From: Phyllobates terribilis | Taxonomy: Eukaryota | Length of the DNA stretch: 64,000 nt | Assembly (NCBI RefSeq): GCF_046119375.1 | Contig: NW_027362768.1 | Coordinates: forward strand, 266,352,001 to 266,416,000 | Reading direction: 5' to 3' | In this document: positions 35,270 to 47,832 of the stretch, in pieces | Layout of the letters: every line of letters starts with the position of its first letter | How positions within the stretch are numbered: position 1 is the stretch's first letter | The notes under the pieces: generated by a model | Told to the model about the DNA's origin: nothing | Databases searched by the model: none | The model's input: only the letters and a program-made list of their open reading frames with translations | Translations under genes and position numbers: made by a program

Positions 35270-35925
35270 CAATTAACAGCCACATTTATTAATTACTCAG
35301 CTTACAACAGTGTTTTTCCTCTGTATACTGAGCCGTGAAAAGCCACAATCTGCAGAAAAACGTGAAACTTTTTTCTGTATTCACCATTTAAAAAAAGCAC
35401 AGAATTGGCATGGTCTACAAGCTTCAGACAGATTTACCTAGTGACAGATTCTTTTTACTATGTAATCTGAGAACAGCATGTTGTAGGGACAGAGACCCTG
35501 ATTCCAGCAATGTATCACTTGCTGGGCTGCTTGCTGTCATTTTGATAAAATCCCTGTTTTCTCTGCTTCAATTCTCTGAATGCTGAGCTCTGTATAACCT
35601 TGCCTACACGTCTGATTGGCAGCTTCCTGTGTACACTGTGCATAGGCAGAAAGCTGCCAATCAGTGGTGTGTGTGGGGTTATACATTGCGAGATGACTGC
35701 ATGGCACGAGACAACTAGTCCTGTAGTGATCTACTGCTGATAAAGCACTGAGTTTATTGAAACTGTGATACCCAGCTCAGAAAGTGACACATTGCTGGAG
35801 TCGGGGTTCCTGTCCCTACTTTATGATGCCCTCAGATTACACAACAAAACCTGCTGACAGATTCTCTTTTACAAAAATCTCTACTTTTGCACACAGTGGC
35901 CTTTAGATCTTATTTCTCCCTTTTA

Positions 35926-36746
35926 GGCTGCTTTCACACATTGCTTTTTTCCTGCGTATTTTTAAGCGTGCGTATTTCCTGCTTTTTTTACCTGCGTTTT
36001 TTTACGGAGGATGCAGGAGAAATGAAGCGTGAGGATGGAGGATTACACCTGTATGTAATGTAATGTAATGTATGTATGTGTATGTATGTAATGTAATGTA
36101 ATGTCTGTGTCGTGTGTGTGAGTGTCCCCCTAGCAGTGTATGTATAGACAGCTTCTGGCTGCTGTACATACACTGCTTTAAAAGAAAAAAACTGTGGATA
36201 CTCACCTATCCGATGGATGGGAGAGCCGTCCGGTCCCGCCGCTGCCAGCATCTTCAGTGAAGCGATGACAAGCCGGCGTTCGCACCGGTCCCGCCGCTTG
36301 CTGCTTCCTGCCATAAAGCGATCACAAGCCGGTCGATCGCTTTACGGCAGGAGGCTGCAAGCGGCGGGACCGGAGCTGACGCCGGCTTGTCATCACTGCA
36401 CTGAAGATGCTGGCAGCGGCGGGACCGGACGCCTCTCCCATCCATCGGATAGGTGAGTATCCATAGTTTCTCCTGTGCCTCCATCAAAAAGCTATGGAAT
36501 TACGCAGTGTGTGAACACCGCTGCGTAATTCCATTGCTTATAACGGGCACAATAGGAGAAAGTGCAGGAGGCAGCTGCGTAAAGAATTGACATGTCAATT
36601 CTTTACGCAACTGCAATTACGCACTGCGTAAAAACACACAGTGTCTGAACGGCAAAGTGAATTTCCCATTCACTTTGCTGGCAGACACAAAGCACATTGC
36701 GTATTTTGAAAAAGCGCGCGAAAATACGCAATGTGTGAACGCAGCC
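35926..36746. mobile_element. Harbinger-like MITE, copy 4, with about 130-bp internal hairpin
   Basis: TIR ggctgctttcacacattgc / gcaatgtgtgaacgcagcc; TTA/TTA TSD; inverted arms 36197-36462. Confidence 0.85.
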
Positions 36747-37373
36747 TTAGACAGTCTTAGTAGATATGGGTAAGTAGTAATGGTACTACTTAACGTGAGC
36801 CTGACTGCTGATGCATGTTTCCTGATTTACATGATTAGCATGTATCAGACACTGGCTGTATGATCTCAGCCATATATAACTCTGAAATGCTGTGGAGTGT
36901 CTGAGAAAAGCCTACTTTACAAGCCATCCAAGAAGCAAGCCGCACAGGAGCTGACTAGTTGACAGGCGGGTCCCGAGCGGCTTCTCCCTGCCCACTGGCA
37001 GTGACTGATAGGTCTTTCTCTACACACGCATGCAGGTAGAGTCCTGTCACTCCATGGCAGCGGGTGGGGAGAAGACGCCAGGACCCATCTGGTGACTAGT
37101 CTGCTGTGCGGCTCAGTCCCCGGCTGATTTTTGCAGTATATTTTCATCTGAAACCCCGCAGCATTTCAGAGTCAGACATACCTGGCAGAGATCACACAGC
37201 CCCTGCCTGACACATGCTGCCCGGGGATCGTGCAGCATATACCAGCTGTCAGGATCCCTTATCATGATAGCTGATTGTATCTTGCTGAATCATCATCTTA
37301 TAGAACTGTAGAAAACATTTTCTGATGAGATTAATTTTACTGTTCCTTTTTTTTTTTTTTTTTTTCTTCTTAG

Positions 37374-37483
37374 GGGGGAACAATGCTGGGGGAACCAGAC
37401 AATGTAATAGAGCTCGGTACCACGGAAGTGACAGAGGAGATCTTTCTAGAGTACCTGTCGTCTCTGGGTGAATCTGGCTTCAG
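37374..37483 (+). CDS. DESI1: DESI1 exon 4
   Basis: [36 protein letters not shown]; 110 nt; long poly-T acceptor, weak donor GTGGGC. Confidence 0.94.
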
Positions 37484-37682
37484 GTGGGCAGCACTGCTAA
37501 TATAAAGGAAATCATCACCAGCCCTGTGTCGTGTCCCGGCGTCCGCTCTGTGCATTGCTGAAGCCGAGTTCACATGTCCAATAATCATCTGTTTGAAACT
37601 GATCCAGTAAATAATATGACTCTATCACTTTCAACTGATCCCCTTTATAAATTCTACATTCACATTGACATCAGTGATTTAA

Positions 37683-38108
37683 AGCGCCACTCCGGCATTT
37701 TTTTTTTTCTTTCACTGCCAGAGTGATATTACTAATGCATGTTCCTTTGCCCCTAGTAATACACTTAGCAGCTGTTGTCTTCTGCTCTTGGTGGCCTTGC
37801 TATGGCCCCTTCCGTCATCTCGTAACTTCAGCTTCTGACTAGCCATAAGTCAGCGGTAACGGGCACAATCTCTCAATATAAGTGTGAGACCCTCCTCGCA
37901 GCTTTCATAGTCTTACACTGAGTTGTGACTTCTGACTCGCCAATTAAACACTGGAGCGATCCGACAGGTCACAGCCCGCAGAAGACAACTGGAGCGGCGC
38001 CGATAGAAGAAGATGATGGCGGCTGGTGAGTATAATACTAGGGGCAGGGAACATACATTAGTGGTGCTACTCTAGCCGTGAAATAAAAAAAAAACCTGGA
38101 GTGGTCCT
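37683..38108. mobile_element. T2/Kolobok-like MITE
   Basis: ttaa|agcgccactccggcattttttt ... aaaaaaacctggagtggtcct|ttaa. Confidence 0.75.
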
Positions 38109-40593
38109 TTAATAATAAGATCCAGGAGCCATCATTTTTATTTTTTTTAGCCAGATAAAATATCTGAATCTGTAACTTTTTAGTCCAGCAAAAAAAAAAA
38201 AAGATTGCTCCTGGATCCTTTTTGTTAAATCGTTAAAGTCAATGTGAATGGATTAGTTTTAAAGTTGAAAGTGATCCAGTCGTTTTATTTACCGAAACCG
38301 TTTCAAATGGATGATTACTAGAAATGTGAATTCCGCCTTAAGGTGTTTGGACCCAGATGTAATCTGCAGGAAGCTTGTACGTTGCGCCAGGGTGCATGGA
38401 GTTCCCTCATGTTACAGATTTCTGTAATATTTATTGTAATGTCTGACCATTGTTATATGTTATAGGGTTATATTTTTTTATACAATTATCCCCCAATCAT
38501 TGCTGGATACCAGTCAATATTGGGATAATACCTCCCACCGCCTTCTCATAACCTACAGAGTACGGTGATCTCGTGACCTCTCAATTTAGTAAATCTGCTG
38601 CCTTGTTTGGGGGCATGAGATGGCCGAGCAGCAGGAGAGGGGACCGTTCATAATAGTATGCAAAAGAAGATATTACATTGTTTAGTGGCCACTCCCAGGT
38701 ACTGCACCTTTGTCACGTATTCAGGAGCTGCCACTGAACAGTGTAGGAGCCGCGCTGCTTCTGCTCCGCACATTGCTGACATCTGATCAGAGCAGATCTC
38801 CGCTGTCACCTGCATTCCCCAGTCATCCTGGAGAAACCCTTTCAGGAGTTTTTCAGAGATCCTACAAAATGTAACAGGATAGAGGGTATAAAGTACCATT
38901 AATCGATGCTCTCCTGTTTAATCTCCTGACACCCCAGCACCGAGGAAACAAAGACAAACGGAGAGCAATGGAGCGGCAGTGCTTGTAACATTGGCACAAG
39001 GAATTCTACCTCCCTGGTAATGAACTGCAGCCCCTGCCATGAAATGGTATGACGTTCAGATAATACAGGGTGCTTTTTATTAGTGACTGGCTGCTTTCCT
39101 TACTATTGGGTCACGTGCTCACGTTGAGTATTCGGTCAGTATTTTAGATCAGTATTTGTAAGCCAAAACCAGGTGAGGAACAATCAGAGGGAAAGTATAA
39201 TAGAAACACGTCACCACTTCTGTATTTATCACCCACTCCTGGTTTTGGATTACAAATACTGATGTAAAACACTGACCAAATACTGAATGTGTGAACGAGG
39301 TCTTAAAGGGGGGGCATCAGGTTAGTACAAGCTCTTTAATGATTGTATGAAAATTCCTTCCCAGTGGACACATTTTTGTAAGATCTCAGAAAATTAAAAC
39401 AGGCAGCAAATGTTATAAAATAAAAATGAATACAACTGACCTGATCTTTCCTTCAAAAATCCAGCACAGTCCTCCCTGTCCTCGCAGTCTTTGCTTACAA
39501 GCTGCCAATCAGTGGTCTCATCAGCCTCATGTTGTAAGTCACCGGCATCACTCCTCAGCACAGAACCATGATGGCAATAGTACAGCAAGTGGCTACTGAT
39601 TGGTTGCAGCGGTCCCACGCTTTAGTTTTGTAATACAGAGACTAGGAGGACCACTTTAGCTGCAGTTTAGTCACCAGAGGAAAGAAAATATGAGCAGTGT
39701 TTGTTCATAACATTTACTTCTGTGTGTAGTATTATTATTATTATTATTATTGCAAAGAACTGAGGTTGTGGGTTGTAAGTAGTCACCTAGGCAGGTTAAC
39801 GATGCAACAATATTTTATTGATCACAGCCATGGTAATAAAGCAATTCCAGGTAAATGGCCAAAATACAGTTCTCTCAGTCCTCAAGTTCCCAATCTGGGT
39901 TCAATAGTTCCACTGGCTTTGTATAAGGCCATACTCACTGTCTCCCAACTTGTGGTTGGCCCACAGATTTCGTATCTCCAGCCAGTATAGTCTGTAGCCA
40001 CAGTCCATGATCCTCTAGATGGCCGATAAAACTATGAAAGCAGAGGTATCCAGTAGCAGCCGTCCTTTTAAGAAAGTGTAAATCCAAACGACATAATCCA
40101 TAATGGTAACATGTTTATCCATTCATCCTTCCAAGTCCACGGTCTCCATCCTCTTCCTTCAATCCTTCCACACAACTCTCTAAAACATGTCTTCACTTTC
40201 TTCCACTGGCATCAGTCCCCTCCCAGTTCAGAAGTGATCACATCCTCCCCCTTAAGCATTTACTGTTGGCTAAAAACAATGAAGAATATTCTAGAAGCCT
40301 TCATAGAAGACTGCATGTAAGACCTCATGTGGTGACGGCTCCACTGTGTCTACAATCTACACACACATAATGAGATTATTGGCTGTTTTAACAATGGTTA
40401 GATACTCCTGAGATACAGATATCCTGAGATACAGATTAGTGGAATGCTGGACATTTTACAAGTGAATCTAGTGCACATACTGACAAGTAAGCAGAACTAT
40501 ATAAAACATAACAAATAAATAACTAATAAAACACAATAATTATATTGACAAAAATGGTGGTCCATTGCTGGAAAAGTATCATAGTCTTTAGTA

Positions 40594-40697
40594 AGTGGGC
40601 TTCTTCTTCCTTCTTCTTCCTTCTTCTTCTTTCTTTCTTTCTTTCTTTCTTTCTTCTTTCTTTCTTTCTTTCTTCTTTCTTTCTTCTTCCTTCTTCA
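40594..40697. repeat. (CTT)/(CTTT) compound microsatellite
   Basis: Direct reading. Confidence 0.95.
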
Positions 40698-41529
40698 GTT
40701 TAGATAACTTTTATTGTTAAATTGTTTTATACATAAGCGCTGCGGGCGAACACTACATTTACAGCTCTGCTGCCTCTCTGCTCTGTTCCCCGCCTGTCTC
40801 CTGTCAGTGATTGACAGGTCGCTCTTCTGTCAGTGACCTTCCTCACCTGCCTGAGATCTAAGTGCCATCATTCCCTGAGCGGTGCGTGTACAGCAAGGTC
40901 CTGATGAAAAAGATGGTCAGTGTCTACTAGACGGTCATAGTTTGCAGATTGCCCCAGACAGTCTTCTTCACTAGGACGACCGGCAGGAGAGAAGGAAGTG
41001 TGACCTGTCAATCACTGACGAGATCGGCGGTGGGTGGGGAATAGGGCAGAGCTGTATGTGTAGTGTCTAGCATAAACCTAGATTTCTAAAATAAAGGTGC
41101 CACAAACAGTCCTCTCTCCGTGATGTGGGGGTGATTATAAGGGTCCACATAACTCTGCAGCTCAATCTCGCACTTAGCCCTCTCGGACTACAGATTGAGC
41201 ACAACTCATACCCCAACCAGTCCACACACCCAAGACACTCCATGCTGCCACCACTTACCGAAAGGGCGGTAGGTCCCAATGTCACGCACACCATGTACTC
41301 GCTGCCCGCAGGCCATGCACAGGGCACATGTACAAGGATCACTTAGTCTTTACATAGACGCTTGGATCCCTTAGGCTAGCAAGGCAAAACTATTTGTTTT
41401 AATAATGACAGGGACAGTGCTTAATATATAAAAAATAAGTAACCGGCATACATAAAAGGTGTAAAAAAAAAAAAAAAAAACAGCTATAAAAGCAGGAAAG
41501 TTCTATAAGTTTCAGGCCTGTTAGAAAGT

Positions 41530-42490
41530 CATTTGTTGCTCACAGGGACATGGGAAGAGAATGTACACGAATACAATGGTCTTGTGTCCTCAAGGCGTGT
41601 CACCATAAGAGGAATAGTCCAATGGCTACACACGGTCCAGCATTGGGGATGGGGTGAGACCTTATTCTCCTCTTTCCTGGGTCCCCCCATGTGGAGGGTT
41701 CTCCATTGTACATGTGCACCACACCTACCCCCTTTATCCATCGAATGTGAAGTGCAATATGACTGGATATCAACTTTGCGTGAACAATGTTCCGGTCACA
41801 GAATGTCGCTCATTTCAGGAAGCGGCCATTTGCTTCCACTGGATTGCACTCTGAATTCCCATAGTAATGGTGGTGTGTGAGGTGTCGGAGGTGGACATCA
41901 TGTCCTAATTATGTTTCCACAAAGCTGGACGAGGGAGACCTTTATATTTCATGTTTTCACGAAGATGTGGGGACTAATATTTTTCCACAATAAGAATTAA
42001 TATTACCCGTTTTCATCACAACAGATAAGGATGTAGTCGGAGTTCCAGCTCCTTTACATAGATGGCATTAGTTAGGGTAGGAAAACCTGATGACAGGTTT
42101 AAGGGATTAAAGATATTGCTCACCATAAAAAATATTATCTACGGTAATAGAACTATTGGATGTGATTGCAACATTCGTATTCAGTAGGAAATTCTTTAAT
42201 ATAATGTCTGCCAGGTTTGCCATAAATTGCCCCCGTCCTACGCTGCGTTCCTTCAGGGCAGCCTAGAGAGATCGCAGTTCCCGATGTCTGCCATGACATA
42301 AAACCTGATTGAGGATGGTTGTTCTGTAAGACGTTATCTCGCCTTCATACAGGAGGGTCCTTGGGTCCTCATTACATGGCTCGGCTGAACAGATGAGGCA
42401 GAGCTTACACATATTGTATTTTCTAAGCCTGTGGAAATCTCAGCCTCCTAATACAAGAGTAATTTACTGGAAAACTCCTCCGGGACGATC
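41530..42490 (-). mobile_element. Old, decayed L1 ORF2 3' fragment
   Basis: Reverse strand has GGLRFP-like and CW..C..G-like remnants with many stops; tentative. Confidence 0.4.
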
Positions 42491-42581
42491 CCTTTCTAGA
42501 AATGTTCACTTTTGCTGCTTTTAATGTCATGTTTGTCATCTTCGTTCACAACCATGCTGTTATATTCTGTGTTCACCACAG

Positions 42582-42704
42582 TGGGGAGTCCTACCATTTG
42601 TTTGATCACAACTGCAACACATTTAGCAATGAAGTCGCTCAGTTCCTGACGGGGAGGAAGATACCGTCCTATATTACAGAGCTGCCTTCTGAAGTCCTGT
42701 CTAC
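42582..42704 (+). CDS. DESI1: DESI1 exon 5 (catalytic Cys, NCN motif)
   Basis: (S)[40 protein letters not shown](T); 123 nt; donor GTAAGT. Confidence 0.97.
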
Positions 42705-43052
42705 GTAAGTCTACATGTTTGTTTGTTTGTTTTTGTTTTTTATATCAACTTAATAAAATAACTTGATTTTTACAGAGTGACCATTGACCACCGATAGATT
42801 AAGGAGCATTTTAAAACAAATTTCAAATAATTTGCCTGGGAAAATGCAGTCTGTGAGCTGCACCACTTCTTCATATGGCTTTATTGTGAAAACATGCTGC
42901 CGATCACCCGAGGAATGAGCAAAATGCCCATTCGTTGGGTGAAATGATTTTTAGGCAGCCTTTTCAGTTGTGTAAAATCCTCAGCACTCTGCCACCTCTG
43001 CTCCACCTTGCAATAAAAATTAAACTTTAAAGGTTTTAAATGGAAAAAATGT

Positions 43053-43055
<3 letters not shown>

Positions 43056-43126
<71 letters not shown>
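43056..43126. repeat. (AT)n microsatellite, about 35 units
   Basis: Direct reading; abuts the CR1 3' end. Confidence 0.98.
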
Positions 43127-43128
<2 letters not shown>

Positions 43129-45982
43129 CTCATAGAATCATAGAATGGAAGAGTTGGAAGGGACCTCCTGGGTCATCTGGTCCAACCCCCTGCTCAAAGC
43201 AGGATTCACTAGATCATCTCAGACAGATGTCTGTCCAGCCTCTGTTTGAAGACGTCCATTGAAGGGGAACTCACCACCTCTCGTGGCAGCCTGTTCCACT
43301 CATTAATCACCCTAACTGTCAAAAAGTTTTTTCTAATATCTAATCTGTGTCTCCTCCCATTTAGTTTCATCCCATTGCTTCTAGTCTTTCCTTGTGCAAA
43401 TGAGAATAAAGATGATCCTTCTACAATGTGACAGCCCTTGACATATTTGTAGACAGCTATTAAGTCTCCTCTCAGTCTTCTTTTTTGCAAGCTAAACATT
43501 CCCAAATCCTGCAACCGTTCCTCATAGGACATGGTTTGCAGACCAGTCACCATTCTGGTCGCTCTTCTCTGAACTTGCTCCAGTTTGTCGATGTCTTTTT
43601 TAAAATGTGGTGCCCAAAACTGTACACAGTATTCCAGATGAGGTCTGACCAAAGAGGAGTAAAGACCGATAATGACTTCACGTGATCTAGACTGTATGCT
43701 TCTGTTAATACATCCCAGAATTGTATTTGCCTTTTTTGCTGCTGCATCACACTGTTGACTCATGTTCAGTCTATGATCTATTAGTATACCTAAGTCTTTT
43801 TCACATGTACTGTTGCTTAGCTCTATTCCTCCCATTCTGTATATGCTTTTTTCATTTTTATTGCCCAGATGTAGTACTTTGCATTTTTCCCTGTTAAAAA
43901 CCATTCTGTTGGTTGCTGCCCACTGCTCCAGTTTATTTAGGTCTTTTTGAATCCTCTCTCTCTCTTCTCTAGTATTAGCTATCCCTCCTAGCTTTGTGTC
44001 ATCAGCAAATTTAATCAGTTTACCCTCAATTCCTTCATCTAAATCATTGATAAAGATGTTGAACAATACAGGTCCCAGGACGGAGCCCTGTGGTACCCCA
44101 CTTGAGACATTCATCCAGCTGGATGTGAAGCCATTTACAACCACCCTTTGAGTCCGATCACTAAGCCAGTTATGAATCCACCTAACAGTTGCCTGGTCCA
44201 TTGCATACTTGGTCATTTTTTCAATAAGGATGGTGTGAGATACTTTGTCAAATGCTTTGCTGAAGTCAAGATATACTATATCTACAGCATTTCCCTGATC
44301 CACCCAGTCAGTGATTCTGTCATAGAAGGAAATTAAGTTAGTCTGACATGACTTGTTAGTTACAAACCCATGCTGACTCTGGTTAATCACTTCATTCTTA
44401 TCCATATACTTACATACATGTTGTTTAATAATTTGTTCAAAGATCTTTCCTGGTATAGAAGTCAGACTCACCGGCCTATAGTTCCCTGGGTCCACGTTCT
44501 TCCCCTTTTTGAAGATAGGAACAACATTTGCTCTTCTCCAGTCTTCTGGGACTTCTCCTGTTCTCCAAGAATTTTCAAAGATTATGGAGAGTGGTTCTAA
44601 AATTTCTTCTACGATCTCCTTCAGTACTCTGGGGTGTAATTCATCTGGACCTGGAGACTTGAACTCATTTATGTTAGCTAAATATTCCCTCACAATCTTT
44701 CTGTTTACAGATAACTTGGATTCCTCTATTCCTTTAAAAGGACAGTGAAGATCAGTTGATGTTACATTTTCTTTCTGAGAGAAAACAGATGCAAAATAGG
44801 AATTAAAAAGTTCGGCCTTCTCAACATCCTCTCTTACCATTTCTCCATTTTCATCCTGTAAAAATCCTATAGCATCTTTGACTTTTCTTTTACTTTTGAC
44901 ATACCCCCAAAATCCTTTTTTATTGCCTTTGACATCTCTTGCAAGCCTTAATTCATTGTCAGCTTTAGCTAACCTGATACGTGCCCTGCAGGATCTGCAG
45001 ACTGCATTATAATCTTCTTTAGATATGCCTCCCTCTTTCCATTTAATAAACATTTCTTTCTTTCTTTTTAGCATGTGTTTAAGTTCTGTGTTCATCCATC
45101 CTGGTTTCCTTAAATGCTTCCCATTCTTCCTACTTTTCGGGATTGTTAACGATTGTGCTTTGAGAATCTCATTTTTAAAAATTTCCCATCCTTCCTGGAC
45201 ATTTTTGTCCTTAAGGACATCCAGCCATTGGATCCCTCCTATTCTCTTTCTGAGTCTCTTAAAATCTGCCTTTCTAAAATCTAACCTTGAAGTTTGAGTC
45301 TTCACATGTCTTCCTCCTCTAGTTATCCAAAATTCTATAATAGCATGATCGCTGCCTCCTAGGGTCCCAGCCACCTTTACCTCCTCAACCATTTCCTCCC
45401 TGTTTATAAGGATTAGATCCAAAGTAGCAGATCCCCTTGTTTTCTCCCCTACCTTTTGGAAGATAAAGTTGTCAGCAAGAGACGATAAGAATTTGCTTGA
45501 CCTGTTAGTTTTACTTGAGAGAGATTCCCAACAAATGTCTGGATAGTTGAAATCTCCCATGACCACTACGTCATATTTTTTGGAGAACTTGGTCATTTGA
45601 TACATAAAGAGTTCATCCATATCTTCAGCTTGCCCAGGTGGCCTGTAGTAAATGCCTACAATGGTGTCCTTTCCGTTGTTCTCTCCTTGTATTCTTACCC
45701 AAACAGTTTCCACAGAACTCCCAGTCTCTGAAGCTTCAATCTCTGTGCAGATATACGCTTTTCTAACATACAATGCAACACCTCCTCCTCGTTTATCAAG
45801 TCTGTTTCTTGCAAATAAGTTGTATTCTTTTACTCTTTTATTCCAATCATGTGTATCGTCCCACCAAGTTTCAGTGATTCCAATGACATCATATTCCTTT
45901 TCCTGCATTAGTAGTTCCAATTCTCCTTGTTTGTTGCCCATGCTTTGTGCATTTGTATAAAAACATTTTAGTTTGTGATTGG
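43127..45982 (-). mobile_element. CR1 LINE, 5'-truncated just upstream of ORF2
   Basis: 3' terminal (ATTCTATG)n octamer (plus strand catagaatcatagaat); full EN+RT ORF2. Confidence 0.96.
43209..45941 (-). CDS. CR1 ORF2: APE endonuclease + reverse transcriptase, 910 aa uninterrupted
   Basis: ITETWW, MGDFNYP, LDL, SDH (APE); [35 protein letters not shown] (RT); in-frame upstream NHKLKCFYTNAQS. Confidence 0.93.
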   Translation of the reverse strand: MGNKQGELELLMQEKEYDVIGITETWWDDTHDWNKRVKEYNLFARNRLDKRGGGVALYVRKAYICTEIEASETGSSVETVWVRIQGENNGKDTIVGIYYRPPGQAEDMDELFMYQMTKFSKKYDVVVMGDFNYPDICWESLSSKTNRSSKFLSSLADNFIFQKVGEKTRGSATLDLILINREEMVEEVKVAGTLGGSDHAIIEFWITRGGRHVKTQTSRLDFRKADFKRLRKRIGGIQWLDVLKDKNVQEGWEIFKNEILKAQSLTIPKSRKNGKHLRKPGWMNTELKHMLKRKKEMFIKWKEGGISKEDYNAVCRSCRARIRLAKADNELRLARDVKGNKKGFWGYVKSKRKVKDAIGFLQDENGEMVREDVEKAELFNSYFASVFSQKENVTSTDLHCPFKGIEESKLSVNRKIVREYLANINEFKSPGPDELHPRVLKEIVEEILEPLSIIFENSWRTGEVPEDWRRANVVPIFKKGKNVDPGNYRPVSLTSIPGKIFEQIIKQHVCKYMDKNEVINQSQHGFVTNKSCQTNLISFYDRITDWVDQGNAVDIVYLDFSKAFDKVSHTILIEKMTKYAMDQATVRWIHNWLSDRTQRVVVNGFTSSWMNVSSGVPQGSVLGPVLFNIFINDLDEGIEGKLIKFADDTKLGGIANTREERERIQKDLNKLEQWAATNRMVFNREKCKVLHLGNKNEKSIYRMGGIELSNSTCEKDLGILIDHRLNMSQQCDAAAKKANTILGCINRSIQSRSREVIIGLYSSLVRPHLEYCVQFWAPHFKKDIDKLEQVQRRATRMVTGLQTMSYEERLQDLGMFSLQKRRLRGDLIAVYKYVKGCHIVEGSSLFSFAQGKTRSNGMKLNGRRHRLDIRKNFLTVRVINEWNRLPREVVSSPSMDVFKQRLDRHLSEMI

Positions 45983-46607
45983 TTTTTTTTTTTTTTTTTT
46001 TTTTTTTTTCCTACAGGTCTCTGCCACCTATCTGCATATTGTGCCTGGCACCGATCTCTGCCAGTACAGAGCTGTCACATACCATTCCTGCAGGCGATTC
46101 AGCAGCTTCCACTGACGTCACATCAACAGAGCAGTTTCTTCTCTTCTGTTCTGCTCTGTTGACGGGGCATCACTGCCAACCTCATGCTGATTGACAGCCT
46201 GCTGCCTAACTGCGGGGAGCCAGCTATTGAACAGCATGACATCAGCAGTCTCATCCTGTCGACAGAGCAGCTCGGAAGAAGAAGAAAGCTGGTCTGTTGA
46301 CGTAGAGCAGCAGAATCACCGGCAGGAGCGATCAATAACCACTCTGTGCCGGTACCGGGTAGAACAGGCAGGTAGCTAGCAGCTACCTGTCATTTAGCTT
46401 TTATGCCCATAGTTAAAAAAAAAAAAAGTCTTGGACAGTCCTTTTATAAAGGTGCATTTTGCAGATCATAATTACGTGTTGTGTTTTACCTTCATAGGGA
46501 TATTTCCTTGGCTCCTCACAGCTTCTCAGACCTCTCCTTTTTGCTTGGAAGCAAAACATTTATTGTGAACATCATCGCTGATTTACATTTTTTTTTCTTT
46601 CTTCCAG

Positions 46608-46701
46608 ACCTTTCGGACAAGCCCTCCGTCCTCTCTTGGATTCTGTTCAAATCCAACCACCTGGGGGGAACAGCTTTAACAGGCAAAATGGACCAAGCTA
46701 A
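46608..46701 (+). CDS. DESI1: DESI1 exon 6 coding part, ends at TAA
   Basis: (T)[30 protein letters not shown]. The six exons total 510 nt = 169 aa + stop. Confidence 0.96.
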
Positions 46702-47832
46702 CCAGGACACGCTGCTCTCCAATGTGGGCAGTGACCTGCTTTTTAACTTAATGTACTTTTAATTATTTAACTCTGACCCTAATTTTTCCTTGTTTTATTA
46801 CATTCACCCTTTGCAGTAGGACATTAGAATATATTCTGAATGTTCCTCGTTGTTTAAGTGGCATCATCAAGCTAACATTATATGCAAACAGAAATCCGTG
46901 TATGGGGCAGAACCTGCAGTCAGGCCATGTCCCCCAGTGCAGGTTCTCTAGCGTTCAGTGATGCATACAGCACTATTTTTTCCCCATTAAAATGACTGAC
47001 CCCTTGGTAGAGCCCGAAAAACCCTATTTTAAATCAATGTGGGTCATTGGGCGCCGCTGGTGTCTATGGTCTAGATATTCATTGTGGTGTCCTACAGAAC
47101 CTTAGAGTTAAAATAGACTTCCTGCCAAGTCCTTGGTTTTGCCACCTTATTATATTCCCCTCCATTTTATTTTTCCTGTAAAACCTACTAGAAGAAGGCT
47201 CAGTGATTTTTGTTGAGTATGTACGTGAGGTTGATATTCTGGAACGAGTAAGAAGGGGAGAATGTGTTTTTTACAGTACTCCGCTGATTTCAGGATAACA
47301 GTAGTCCCCACAGATACTGCATAGGATGTAAGCTTTGTTAGGGATCATAGGCCATACAGTATACTAGATCAGGTTATGTCACAGGGCTGTACACAGAAGA
47401 CGCGGGCCAATGTGCACACAAACAACCCATAGCTGTTCCCTACAGTGTTTTCCAGGCTGTGAGGACACTTTCTCATCTTGGACACTGAGTGTGTGAACTT
47501 TGCTCCTTCATTCTTCAGTAAAGACAGAATGACAAAGTGCAGTAAAATTGTCCTTCAGTGGTTATTTTCCACATTTACAGAGCAGTTGTTTTTCTGCAAG
47601 TTAATTTTTAATGTAAGTTATCTCTCTTTTTATTGTTCACATTTATCAGCATTAAACCTTTTTTATTACATGATCTCCATGCTATACTGGCACATAGTGC
47701 TCCACTATTTCTCACTTGTGCTCAGTTGGCCATCTAGATGGCACAGATGTAGTTTTGTTGTCAGACACTTTTCTAAGTATAAAAGTGTCAAAAAGTTTTG
47801 CAACTCTCCATCCATTTTTCTCACAATTTTAA

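Noticed and set aside
47729-47742. Perfect 14-bp palindrome GCCATCTAGATGGC
   Set aside because: Single short occurrence, off-register for CTCF; cannot be distinguished from chance.
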